A stretch of DNA of 64,000 nucleotides. Source: Candidatus Eiseniibacteriota bacterium (GTDB lineage: Bacteria; Eisenbacteria; RBG-16-71-46). Made by a program: the position numbers and the translations under genes. The DNA is taken from the NCBI GenBank assembly GCA_041483195.1, contig JBGPFC010000001.1, positions 128,001 through 192,000 of the forward strand. Reading direction: 5' to 3'. The notes beneath the pieces were generated by a model that saw only the letters and a program-made list of their open reading frames with translations, did not search any database and had not been told where the DNA came from. Below, one piece after another: positions 37,451 to 46,805 of the stretch. Each line of letters begins with the position of its first letter. Position 1 is the first letter of the stretch.

Positions 37451-37610
37451 GACGTTGGGGCATCATCTCCGAAGCGAGCCGTGGGTGCACGCACTTTATC
37501 GCAGTGCGGCGCGTTTGTCGCACGCGCTCCCCCGCGGTTGAGACTGTCGCGAGCCGCGGGGTAGACTGCGCGACCCGACCCCGCGTTCCGCACGCACCGT
37601 TGCGAGGAGC

Positions 37611-38969
37611 TTGATGCCGATCGAACCCGACGAGTCCGCCCCGCGCCGAGGGCGCATCATTCTCCCCGGCGGCGCTGACGAACCCGAGCCGTCGCAGGCG
37701 CCGCGCATCGTGCTCCCGCCCGGGGTGATGCGCGAAGCCGAGGACGACGTGCCGGAGCGCCCGCGACTCCGCCCGCTGGTGCTGGTTCCGATCCAGGACG
37801 GCGAGCGCGAGCTGCTGCTCGTCACCGACCCGCTCGGCGTGATCCAGGGCCAGCCGGTGCTGGGCATGGACTCGCTCGCGATTCTCCAGCTGCTCGACGG
37901 CAGCGTGTCGCTCACCGATCTCATCGCGGCCATCATGCGCGAGAACAAGGACATTCGGGTCGCGGGCATGGTGAAGGAGTTCGTCGCCCAGCTCGACAAG
38001 CTGCTGATGCTGGACTCGCCGCGTTTCGAGGCCGCTTACCGCACGCTGCGCGACGCGTATCACGTGCTCGAGATCCGGCCCGCGGCGCTCGAGGGCCGCT
38101 CCTACCCGGCGGAGCGCGCCGCGCTCGCGAGCTTCCTGGAGCTTCAGTTCGCCGACGCCGAGCGCATGCGGGAGGCGGCGGGCGAGCCTCGGCCCACGGC
38201 GCGCCCGCGCGCGCTGCTCGCGCCGCATCTCGATCCGCGCCGCGCCGGCACCACCATCGCGCGCGCCTATCTCGAGCTCCCGCCTGACGCCCCGCTGCGG
38301 GTCGTGGTGTTCGGCACCGGGCACACGATGATCGAGGAACGATACGCGCTCACGCGCAAGCACTTCGAGACGCCGCTCGGCAAGGTTCCGTGCGACACCG
38401 CGTTCGTCGACGCGGTCGCGGCACGGCTCGGCGACGACGCGTACCGCGGCGAGCTGGCGCACCGCGAGGAACACTCCATCGAATTCCAGGCCCTGTACCT
38501 GAAGCACCGCTTCGGCGACCGCCCGTTCACGATGGTGCCCATCCTGTGCGGGGGCTTTCACGCGCTGCTCGACGCCGGGATCACGCCGCGCGACGATCTG
38601 GCGTTCACGCGCATGATCGATGCCGTGCGCGAGACCGAGCGCGCGCTGGGCGGCGCGACGGTGTACGTCGCGGGCGTCGACCTCTCCCACGTCGGACCGC
38701 GCTTCGGCGATCCCGCGGTGGACGAGGCGATCAAGCGGGAGATCGAGGCGAAGGACCGGGCCGCGATCGCGGCGGCGTGCGCCGGGGACCCCGATGCGTG
38801 GTTCGCGGCGATCGCGGAGCACCAGGACGCCACGCGCATCTGCGGGCTCGCGCCGACCTACGCGTTGCTGCGTTGCGCGGAGCCCGGCCAGGGCCGGCTG
38901 TTGGGCTACGAGCAGTCGGACGAGCCGGACAGCTCGGTCGTGACGATCGCCGCGATCGCGTGGCCGTGA
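37611..38969 (+). CDS. amrB: MEMO1-family protein (AmmeMemoRadiSam system protein B)
   Basis: APHLD, FETPLG, EHSIEFQ, VDLSHVG and ICGLAP motifs, with an N-terminal extension. Confidence 0.88.
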   Translation: MMPIEPDESAPRRGRIILPGGADEPEPSQAPRIVLPPGVMREAEDDVPERPRLRPLVLVPIQDGERELLLVTDPLGVIQGQPVLGMDSLAILQLLDGSVSLTDLIAAIMRENKDIRVAGMVKEFVAQLDKLLMLDSPRFEAAYRTLRDAYHVLEIRPAALEGRSYPAERAALASFLELQFADAERMREAAGEPRPTARPRALLAPHLDPRRAGTTIARAYLELPPDAPLRVVVFGTGHTMIEERYALTRKHFETPLGKVPCDTAFVDAVAARLGDDAYRGELAHREEHSIEFQALYLKHRFGDRPFTMVPILCGGFHALLDAGITPRDDLAFTRMIDAVRETERALGGATVYVAGVDLSHVGPRFGDPAVDEAIKREIEAKDRAAIAAACAGDPDAWFAAIAEHQDATRICGLAPTYALLRCAEPGQGRLLGYEQSDEPDSSVVTIAAIAWP

Positions 38970-39000
38970 GCGCCGAGCCGCCGCGATCGCGGCGCCGGCC

Positions 39001-39966
39001 CTAGCGGTAGATCTGCTTGAGCCGCCCCCAGGTCGTGGACCGCACGGCATCGGGGGCCGTGATCATCACGACGTAATCCTCGGTCTCGCCTCCGGTGTAT
39101 TCCCCGCCCGGCCGGTTCGCCGAACCTGCCCATGGGTAATCGTCGTCCACCGCTTCGTCGGTGAGCGAGACGCGCATCCACGCGATGCCCTCGCTTGCGC
39201 TCACTCGAAACGCGGGAGACCACTGCTGGCCACATCCCGCAGGCACGAGGATCGGCGCGTTCTTCACGGCCCACTCGTGCGCGCAGGGTTCGTCGGCCGC
39301 GCACGGCACGTAGCAGGCGATGTGCTGCGGATTCGAGCAGGGGCCGTTGTCGTTCCAATCCCCGTCGAAGTTCATGTCGACCAGGATGTTGAGATACGCG
39401 GTGCGCTCGGGTCCGCAGTTCGCGGTGCTGAACGGCACGGCGTTGGGAATGCAGGCGAGGAGCACATCGGCGTACACGCCAGCGTCGTCGTCGAGCCTGC
39501 ATTCGTCCTGTCCGAAGGTCATGCCGTAGGGGGACCCCACGCAATCGACCGCGATCGAGAGATTGCAGGCGCTGAAGGCTCCCCCGGCGCTCACCTTGCC
39601 GTCCTCCTCGCTGTCGATCCCCGCGAGGCCGCCGGGCGCGCTCACGCAACCCAGCCAGTAGTTCGCGGCGCCGGACTGCGCGTGCCTCATGTAACCCGTG
39701 AGCCCGGGCGGCGTGCTGCGCGGCGGGCAGGTGAACTGCTGAGTGCCGGGCGCGCCCGGCGCGAGGCAGGTCGGGAAGTGTCCGACGCCGCCCAGGAAGC
39801 CGATCGAGATTCCCTCCGGCGCATCGCCGAAATCGTGGATCACCCTTCCACAATCGGGACCATCCACATCGGCGGCGCCCGCGGGGACCGCGGGCGCGAG
39901 GGCGGAGAGTGCGAGCACGGCCGCGAGCACGATCGCGGCTGAGGACGGTGCGATGGCATGGCGCAT
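39001..39966 (-). CDS. Secreted Cys-rich GEVED-like domain protein with a C-terminal TWG motif
   Basis: Signal peptide, DFGDAP, YLNILVDMNFDGDWND and GETEDY motifs. Ends STTWGRLKQIYR. Confidence 0.75.
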   Translation of the reverse strand: MRHAIAPSSAAIVLAAVLALSALAPAVPAGAADVDGPDCGRVIHDFGDAPEGISIGFLGGVGHFPTCLAPGAPGTQQFTCPPRSTPPGLTGYMRHAQSGAANYWLGCVSAPGGLAGIDSEEDGKVSAGGAFSACNLSIAVDCVGSPYGMTFGQDECRLDDDAGVYADVLLACIPNAVPFSTANCGPERTAYLNILVDMNFDGDWNDNGPCSNPQHIACYVPCAADEPCAHEWAVKNAPILVPAGCGQQWSPAFRVSASEGIAWMRVSLTDEAVDDDYPWAGSANRPGGEYTGGETEDYVVMITAPDAVRSTTWGRLKQIYR

Positions 39967-40180
39967 GGCGGGCTCCTCGAATTCGCCGCGGGGCTCGCGG
40001 CGATTGGGATCATGCAGACGGCTCGGTCCATCCATTTTCGCGCCCGCCGCGGGGCGCGGTCAACGCGTCATTCGCGACGGCCGGGGCCGCGCCCGGAAAT
40101 ATTTACAGGCCCCGGGGGCGATGCTAGCCTCCCCCGCATTCGCCATCGCCCGCGGCATTCGCCCTCACGGAGGCCACTCG

Positions 40181-41437
40181 ATGAACCCCCGCCATGTCAC
40201 GGTGAAGGACGGTGACGTCGTGCTGCTGGTCGGCACCATGAAGGGCGCGTTCCTGCTGCGCTCGAACGGCGCGCGGGCCGGTTGGGACGTGGGCGGGCCG
40301 TACTTCCCGGGCATGAGCGTGTACGCCCTCGCCTACGACGGACGCGCGGGCCGCAAACGCGTATGGGCGGGAACCGTGAGCGAGCACTGGGGACCGGGGC
40401 TCTCCTCCAGCGACGACTTCGGCAGACGCTGGACGAATCCGAAGGACACTCCTATCAAGTTCCCGCGCGAAACGGGCGCGGCGGTCAGTCGCATCTGGCA
40501 GATTCGCCCCGGGCGCTCGGACCAGCCCGCCGTGCTCTACGCCGGCGTCGAGCCCGCCGCGCTGTTCGAATCGGGTGACGCGGGTCAGAGCTGGACGCTC
40601 AACCGCGGGTTGTGGGACCACCCGCATCGCGCGAAGTGGCAGCCGGGCGGCGGCGGCCTGTGCCTTCATACCATCGTCCCCGATCCGACGAGGCGCGCGC
40701 GGATGTTCGTCGCGATCTCGACCGGCGGCGTGTATCGCAGCGACGACGGCGGCGCATCGTGGCGCACCGCGCACCGGGGCGTGCGCGCCGATTTCCTGCC
40801 GGACAAGCATCCCGAGTTCGGGCAATGCGTGCACAAGATCGTCATGCACCCGTCGCGGCCGGAGCGGATCTTCCTCCAGAATCACTGGGGGCTCTACCGC
40901 AGCGACGATGCCGGCGATTCCTGGAAGGACATCGCGAAGGGCGTGCCCTCCGACTTCGGGTTCGCGATGACGATGCACCCGCACGATTCCGAAACGGTGT
41001 ACATCCTGCCGCTCGAGTCCGACACATTTCGCGTGACGCCGGGCGGCCGCTTGCGCGTGTATCGCACGCGCGACGGCGGCGGCTCGTGGGAGCCGCTCAC
41101 GAAGGGGCTGCCGCAGAAGAACGCGCTCGAGACCGTGCTGCGCGATGCGATGGATGCGGACTCGCTCAATCCGGCCGGCGTGTATTTCGGCACGCGGAGC
41201 GGCAAGGTGTTCGGCTCGGCGGACGGGGGCGCCTCGTGGTCCCGCCTGATCGATGGACTGCCGCCGGTGCTCAACGTGAAGGCGGCGGTGATCGGCGCCG
41301 CCGCGAAGGCGCGCCTGAGCGGCAGGGCGAGCGGAGTGCGCCGGGCGAAGCCGGCGGGCGCGACGCGCGCGGCGCGCAGACCCTCGCGTACGGCCGCGCC
41401 GAAGCGCGCGGCGCGATCGGCGCGCAAGAAGAAGTAG
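40181..41437 (+). CDS. BNR/sialidase-like (WD40/YVTN) beta-propeller protein with a basic tail
   Basis: Asp-box repeats SDDFGRRW, SDDGGASW, SDDAGDSW and TRDGGGSW, plus FGQCVHK and PSDFGF. Confidence 0.88.
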   Translation: MNPRHVTVKDGDVVLLVGTMKGAFLLRSNGARAGWDVGGPYFPGMSVYALAYDGRAGRKRVWAGTVSEHWGPGLSSSDDFGRRWTNPKDTPIKFPRETGAAVSRIWQIRPGRSDQPAVLYAGVEPAALFESGDAGQSWTLNRGLWDHPHRAKWQPGGGGLCLHTIVPDPTRRARMFVAISTGGVYRSDDGGASWRTAHRGVRADFLPDKHPEFGQCVHKIVMHPSRPERIFLQNHWGLYRSDDAGDSWKDIAKGVPSDFGFAMTMHPHDSETVYILPLESDTFRVTPGGRLRVYRTRDGGGSWEPLTKGLPQKNALETVLRDAMDADSLNPAGVYFGTRSGKVFGSADGGASWSRLIDGLPPVLNVKAAVIGAAAKARLSGRASGVRRAKPAGATRAARRPSRTAAPKRAARSARKKK

Positions 41438-41499
41438 CGGAGGCCGGGGGCAGTTTCGGCTTCCATCTCCCATCCGATGGCGAGACCATCCCGGGCGCG

Positions 41500-41856
41500 A
41501 TGCCGCGGAGCGCGCCCGGCCTGCGCGCCTGGCCCAACCCCGCGCGGGGCGTGACGGACGTCCAGTTCGAGCTGGCGGAGGCGCAGGCGCTCGATGTGCT
41601 GGTGTTCGACGTGGCGGGCCGGCTGGCGCGCGACGTGCAGTCGGGCGCCATGGCGCCAGGGTCCCACGACGTGCCGTGGGATGGGCGCGACGCGAGCGGC
41701 CGCCGCGTGGCGAGCGGCGTCTACTTCCTGCGCGTGGAGTCACGCGCGCACGCGTGGATCGCGCGCGTGGCGGAGATCGACTGTCTAGCGCCGGCGGCAC
41801 CGCCCGCCCCACGCGGGCCTGCCGCGACTCGCGCTACGCGCGGCCCTCGACGGTGA
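41500..41856 (+). other. Stand-alone FlgD-Ig/T9SS-like C-terminal domain (possible gene remnant)
   Basis: WPNPARG...VFDVAGRLAR...WDGRDASGRRVASGVYFLRV. No signal peptide, passenger domain or clear RBS. Confidence 0.6.
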
Positions 41857-42286
41857 GCGGATGACGCGCGAAATATCCCTCGGCCTTGACGCGCAGCTGG
41901 AGCACCAGCCATTCGAGTCGCTCCACCAGTTCTCCCTCGCCCTTCCCCGCCGGCCACCAGCGGTCCTCGTCGTGGAGCAGCGCACCGAGCCGCACGCGAT
42001 ATCCGGGCGCGGCACCGCCGGCGGCTTCGGGCGCGGCGAGCGGCAGCGCATCGAGCGCGACCGGATCGAGCGCGAGCGCGGCCTCGCCGGTGATCCAGTC
42101 GAGATGACGGCGCAGGGCGAAGTAGCCGTGCGTGCCGTCGCCGCGCCGCACCCGCACCCACGCGAGATTGGGCTTCGTGACCCAGGTGGCGCCGGCGCCG
42201 CGCGCGTCGGGCACGTGCTTCTCGAGCGCCGCGCGCGCGAGGCGCGCGAAACGGGACGGCGGCCCGGCGCGGCGTGATGCGGTCAT
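41834..42286 (-). CDS. Hypothetical protein
   Basis: Protein-like composition, fills the gap, and has a GGAGGGAA RBS-like element upstream. Confidence 0.5.
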   Translation of the reverse strand: MTASRRAGPPSRFARLARAALEKHVPDARGAGATWVTKPNLAWVRVRRGDGTHGYFALRRHLDWITGEAALALDPVALDALPLAAPEAAGGAAPGYRVRLGALLHDEDRWWPAGKGEGELVERLEWLVLQLRVKAEGYFARHPLTVEGRA

Positions 42287-42350
42287 CGAAGCTTCCCTCC
42301 CGGCCCCAAGCCGGTTGCGCCTCGCGGGTGACGGCGGCTAACCTCGACGC

Positions 42351-42767
42351 GTGGCGAACTTCCTCTTCAAGTCCGAGCCCTCTACATTTTCCTACAGCGA
42401 CCTCGAGCGCGACAAGCGCGCGGTCTGGGACGGCGTGTCGAACCCGCTCGCGCTGATTCATCTGCGGACCGTGCGGACCGGCGACACCGTGGTGATCTAC
42501 CACTCTGGGAAGGACAAGGCCGCGGTCGGAATCGCGAGGGCGACCTCCGATCCCTATCCCGACCCGAAGCTCGGCGATCCGAAACGCGCGGTGGTGAATC
42601 TCGCGCCGGTGCGCGCGCTCGCGCGGCCGGTGCCGATCGCGACCTTTCGCGGCGACCCCGCGCTCCAGAAGGTCGAGCTGGTGCGCAACTCGCGGCTCTC
42701 GATCATGCCTCTCACCGCGTCGCAGCTCGCGCGCATCGTCGCGCTCGGCGGGGCGAAGCCGCGGTGA
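42351..42767 (+). CDS. EVE domain protein
   Basis: LFKSEPSTFS, WDGVSN, GDTVVIYHSG and RLSIMP motifs. Confidence 0.92.
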   Translation: MANFLFKSEPSTFSYSDLERDKRAVWDGVSNPLALIHLRTVRTGDTVVIYHSGKDKAAVGIARATSDPYPDPKLGDPKRAVVNLAPVRALARPVPIATFRGDPALQKVELVRNSRLSIMPLTASQLARIVALGGAKPR

Positions 42768-44797
42768 CGCGCGCCGAGGCGAGAAAGCGGATCGACCGGC
42801 TCGCGCGGGAGGTTCGCGAGCACGATCACCGCTATCACGTGCTGGACCGGCCGAGCATCTCCGACGCCGCGTACGACAAGCTCTATCGCGAGCTGGTCGC
42901 GCTCGAGCGGGAGTTCCCGGACCTGCGCCCGCCCGACTCCCCCACCCTGCGCGTGGGCGGCGGGATACGCGCGGCCTTCAAGAAGGTGCCGCACGTGCGC
43001 CCCATGCTCTCGCTCGACTCGATCATGGAGGAGGAAGCGGTGCGCGAGTTCGACGCGCGGGTGCGCAAGGCGCTCCACACCGACGAGGGTCTGTTCGCGG
43101 AGGCGGTGGGCTACATGGCCGAACCCAAGTTCGACGGGCTCTCGATCGAGCTGGTGTACGAAGACGCCGTGCTGGTGCGGGGCTCGACGCGCGGCGACGG
43201 CGAGGTCGGCGAGGACGTCACCGAGAACCTGCGCACCATCCGCGCGATCCCGCTGCGGCTCCACGACGGGGGCCCGAAGGGCGCGGCGCGCGGCCGGGTC
43301 GCGGTGCGCGGCGAGGCGCTGATGCCGCTCCCCGAGTTCGAGGCGCTCAACAGGCGTCTGATCGAAGCCGATCAGGAACCGTTCGCGAGCGCGCGCAACT
43401 CGGCTGCCGGGACGGTGCGCCAGCTCGACCCCGCGATCACCGCCTCGCGCCGCCTCGATTTCTACGCGTACGAGATCATCGAGGCCGGGCAGGCGCGCCT
43501 CGACTCTCAGCGGGCGATGCTCGATGCGCTGCGCGGCTGGGGCTTCCACGTCGAGAAGGACGTGCGCCTCTGCCTCGGCATAGACGAGGCGATCGCCACC
43601 CACGCGGCGTGGCTCGCGAAGCGCGATGCGCTCGATTACGAGATCGACGGCGTGGTGATCAAGGTGGACCGCCGCGACTGGCAGGAGCTGCTCGGCATGC
43701 GCTCGCGCAGCCCGCGCTGGGCGGTGGCCTTCAAGTTTCCGCCGAGGATCGAAATCACGAAGGTGCTCGACATCATCGTGCAGGTCGGCCGCACCGGGAA
43801 GCTCACGCCGGTCGCCTCGCTCCAGCCGGTGGACGTCTCCGGCGTCACCGTGAGCCGCGCCACGCTTCACAACCAGGACGAGCTCGACCGCAAGGACGTG
43901 CGCATCGGCGACACGGTGCGCGTGCGGCGCGCGGGCGACGTGATCCCCGAAGTGGTCGAGGTGCTGACCGACAAGCGCCCGCGCGGCGCCGCGCGCTTCG
44001 AGCTGCCCGCCAACTGCCCGGTGTGCGGCGCGAAGGTGGAGCGGGTCGGCGCCTACCACCTGTGCACCAACGGCCTCTCGTGCCGCGCCCAGCTCCATGG
44101 CCACATCGAGCATTTCGTCTCGCGCGGCGCGATGGACATCCGCGGCCTCGGCGGCAAGACCGTCGAGCAGCTCATCGAGAAGGGTCTGGTGAAGGATCTC
44201 GCCGACCTCTACCACGTCACCGCGATCGACCTGTCGGGGCTCGAGGGGTTCGCCGAGAAGTCCATCGAGAACCTGATGAACGCGTTCGAGGCCAGCAAGC
44301 GTCCGCGACTCGCGCGCTTCCTCTACGCGCTCGGGATCGAGCACGTGGGCGGCACCGTGGCCCGGCTGCTCGCCGATCACTTCGGCGCGATCGCGCCGCT
44401 CGCCGAAGCCAATGACGAGGAGCTCGAGGAGATCAAGGGCATCGGCCCCGAGGTCGCGGCCTCGGTGGTGCGTTTCTTCTCGAGCGCGCGCAATCTCAAG
44501 GTGCTCGATCGCCTGTCGAAGGCCGGCGTGAAACCGGTCGCCGAGAGAAAGCCGAGAGGGCCGCAGCCGCTCGCGGGCGAGGTCATGGTTTTCACGGGCG
44601 GACTCGAAGCCATGTCGAGACCCGAGGCGCAGCGCAAGGCGGAGGCCGCGGGCGCCACCATCGCCTCCGCCGTCGGCAGGAAGGTGACGCTGGTGGTCGC
44701 GGGGCCGGGCGCGGGCTCGAAGCTCGACGAAGCGAAGAAGCTCGGCATCGCGGTGATCGACGAGCGGACGTTCCTGAAGCGCATCGGGGAGGCGTGA
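42764..44797 (+). CDS. ligA: NAD-dependent DNA ligase
   Basis: PMLSL, EPKFDGLS, TRGDG..GEDVT, EIDGVVIK, QVGRTG and ATLHN motifs, a C4 zinc finger and a BRCT domain. Confidence 0.97.
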   Translation: MTRAEARKRIDRLAREVREHDHRYHVLDRPSISDAAYDKLYRELVALEREFPDLRPPDSPTLRVGGGIRAAFKKVPHVRPMLSLDSIMEEEAVREFDARVRKALHTDEGLFAEAVGYMAEPKFDGLSIELVYEDAVLVRGSTRGDGEVGEDVTENLRTIRAIPLRLHDGGPKGAARGRVAVRGEALMPLPEFEALNRRLIEADQEPFASARNSAAGTVRQLDPAITASRRLDFYAYEIIEAGQARLDSQRAMLDALRGWGFHVEKDVRLCLGIDEAIATHAAWLAKRDALDYEIDGVVIKVDRRDWQELLGMRSRSPRWAVAFKFPPRIEITKVLDIIVQVGRTGKLTPVASLQPVDVSGVTVSRATLHNQDELDRKDVRIGDTVRVRRAGDVIPEVVEVLTDKRPRGAARFELPANCPVCGAKVERVGAYHLCTNGLSCRAQLHGHIEHFVSRGAMDIRGLGGKTVEQLIEKGLVKDLADLYHVTAIDLSGLEGFAEKSIENLMNAFEASKRPRLARFLYALGIEHVGGTVARLLADHFGAIAPLAEANDEELEEIKGIGPEVAASVVRFFSSARNLKVLDRLSKAGVKPVAERKPRGPQPLAGEVMVFTGGLEAMSRPEAQRKAEAAGATIASAVGRKVTLVVAGPGAGSKLDEAKKLGIAVIDERTFLKRIGEA

Positions 44798-44804
44798 GGC
44801 ACCC

Positions 44805-46805
44805 ATGACCAACGCCGACATCGCACGCATCTTCTCGCGGCTCGCGACCATGCTCGAGATCGACGGCGCGAACCCGTTTCGAGTTCGCGCCTACCGTGAG
44901 GGCGCGCGCATCGTCGAGTCGCAGGCCGAGACCATGGCGTCGCTCGCCGCGGAGGAAGGCCGGCTCGAGGCGCTGCCCGGGATCGGAAAGGACCTGGCGG
45001 GCAAGATCCGCGACATCGTCGCGAGCGGCTCCACCGAGCTGTACGACCACCTGCAGGCGAAGATCCCGCTCGAGGTGGTGGCGCTCACCGAGCTGCAGGG
45101 GCTGGGGCCCAAGCGCGTGAAGACCCTGTTCGAGACGCTCGGGGTCAAGAACCGCGAGGCGCTCGAGAAGGCGGCGAAGGCCGGCAGGCTGCGCGACCTC
45201 CCCGGCTTCGGCGAGAAGGTCGAGCAGAACGTGCTCAAGGCGCTCGCCACCGCGAACGCGTGGGCGGGCCGCATGCTGCTGGCCGGCGTGTGGCCGGTGG
45301 CGCAAGCGCTCGCCGATCACATCCGAGCGGTGCCCGGCGTCGAGCAGGTGGAGCTCGCTGGCAGCTTCCGCCGCCGCAAGGAGACGGTCGGCGATCTCGA
45401 CCTGCTGGTGTGCGGCGGCCACCCCGACCGGGTGATGGAGGCGTTCATCCATCAGACCGACGTGGCCGAGGTGCTCGGCCGCGGCGACACCAAGTCGTCG
45501 GTGCGGCTCGCGAACGGCCTGCAGGTGGACCTCCGTCACGTGCCGCGCGAGTCGTTCGGCGCAGCGCTCCTCTACTTCACAGGCAGCAAGGAGCACAACA
45601 TCGAGCTGCGGAAGATCGCGATCGAGAAGGGCCTGAGCCTGAACGAGTACGGGCTCACGCGCGGCAAGCGAATGGAAGCGGGACGCACCGAGGAGGAGGT
45701 GTATCGCGCGCTCGGACTCAAGTGGATTCCGCCCGAGCTGCGCGAGGCGCACGGCGAGATCGAGCTGTCGCGCTTCTACGAGCTCCCGGTCCTGATCGAG
45801 GAGTCGGACCTGCGCGCCGATCTCCACATGCACAGCGATCGAAGCGACGGACGCGACACGCTGGAAGCCATGGTGCGCGCCGCGAAGGCGCGCGGCTACG
45901 CCTATTGCGCGATCACCGAGCACTCGAAGTCGCTCACCGTGGCGCGCGGCTTCGACGAGGCGCGCGTGCGCATGTCGGTGAGCGAGATCGCGGCGGTGCG
46001 GAAGAAGGTGCCGGGCATCGAGGTGCTGCACGGCCTCGAGGTGGACATTCTCGCCGACGGCGCGCTCGACCTCGACGACGACGCGCTCGAGCTGCTGGAC
46101 TGGGTGATCGTGTCGCTCCATTCGCGACTGGATCAGCCGGCCGAGATCGTGAACGAGCGCGTGCTGCGCGCGCTCGCGCACCCGGCGGTCAGGGCGATGG
46201 CGCATCCCACCGGGCGCCTGATCGGGACGCGCGACGGCGCGGCGCTCGACTTCGAGCGCATCTTCGCGCAGGCCGCGCGGCTCGGGGTGGCGATGGAGAT
46301 CAACGCCCAGCCCGATCGCACCGACCTGAGCGACGTGAACGCGCGGCTCGCCCGCGAGCTGGGGGTGCGCATCGTGATCGACACCGACGCGCACTCCACG
46401 GTGCAGCTCGACGCGATCCGCTACGGGGTGTTCGCGGCGCGGCGCGCGGGGCTCACGAAGACGGACGTGCTCAACGCGCTCCCCTACGCCGAGTTTCGGG
46501 AGGCGGTGCGTACGCCGGCCAGGAAGACGATTCCCGCGCCGCCCGCGCCCGAGCCGGGCGCGAAGGGCGGCACGAAGCCCACCGCGAAATCGGGCGCGAA
46601 GACCGGCACGAAGACCGGCACGAAGACCGGCGCGAAGACCACCGCGAAGACCACCGCGAAGACCGGCGCGAGGCCCGGCGCCGGCGCCGGGCGCAAGACC
46701 GCGCCGAAACCGGCGGGCGCCACCGCGGCGAAGCGGGCCGGCCGCGCGGCGCCACGCGCCGGAAGCAAGCGCGGCCCCGCGAAGAAACCCGCGCGCGGGC
46801 GATGA
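44805..46805 (+). CDS. polX: DNA polymerase X / PHP 3'-5' exonuclease with a Lys/Thr-rich repeat tail
   Basis: NPFRVRAY, AGSFRR..ETVGDLDLL, QVDLR and YFTGSKEHN motifs. PHP motifs HMHS, TEHS, HPTGR and TDAH. Confidence 0.95.
   Translation: MTNADIARIFSRLATMLEIDGANPFRVRAYREGARIVESQAETMASLAAEEGRLEALPGIGKDLAGKIRDIVASGSTELYDHLQAKIPLEVVALTELQGLGPKRVKTLFETLGVKNREALEKAAKAGRLRDLPGFGEKVEQNVLKALATANAWAGRMLLAGVWPVAQALADHIRAVPGVEQVELAGSFRRRKETVGDLDLLVCGGHPDRVMEAFIHQTDVAEVLGRGDTKSSVRLANGLQVDLRHVPRESFGAALLYFTGSKEHNIELRKIAIEKGLSLNEYGLTRGKRMEAGRTEEEVYRALGLKWIPPELREAHGEIELSRFYELPVLIEESDLRADLHMHSDRSDGRDTLEAMVRAAKARGYAYCAITEHSKSLTVARGFDEARVRMSVSEIAAVRKKVPGIEVLHGLEVDILADGALDLDDDALELLDWVIVSLHSRLDQPAEIVNERVLRALAHPAVRAMAHPTGRLIGTRDGAALDFERIFAQAARLGVAMEINAQPDRTDLSDVNARLARELGVRIVIDTDAHSTVQLDAIRYGVFAARRAGLTKTDVLNALPYAEFREAVRTPARKTIPAPPAPEPGAKGGTKPTAKSGAKTGTKTGTKTGAKTTAKTTAKTGARPGAGAGRKTAPKPAGATAAKRAGRAAPRAGSKRGPAKKPARGR
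46559..46680 (+). repeat. Degenerate 12-bp tandem repeat in the polX tail
   Basis: Units like GCGAAGACCGGC / ACGAAGACCGGC / GCGAAGACCACC encode AKSG-AKTG-TKTG-TKTG-AKTT-AKTT-AKTG. Confidence 0.8.

Noticed and set aside
46559..46680. CRISPR-like or mobile repeat
   Set aside because: 12-bp in-frame coding repeat with no spacers and no cas genes.
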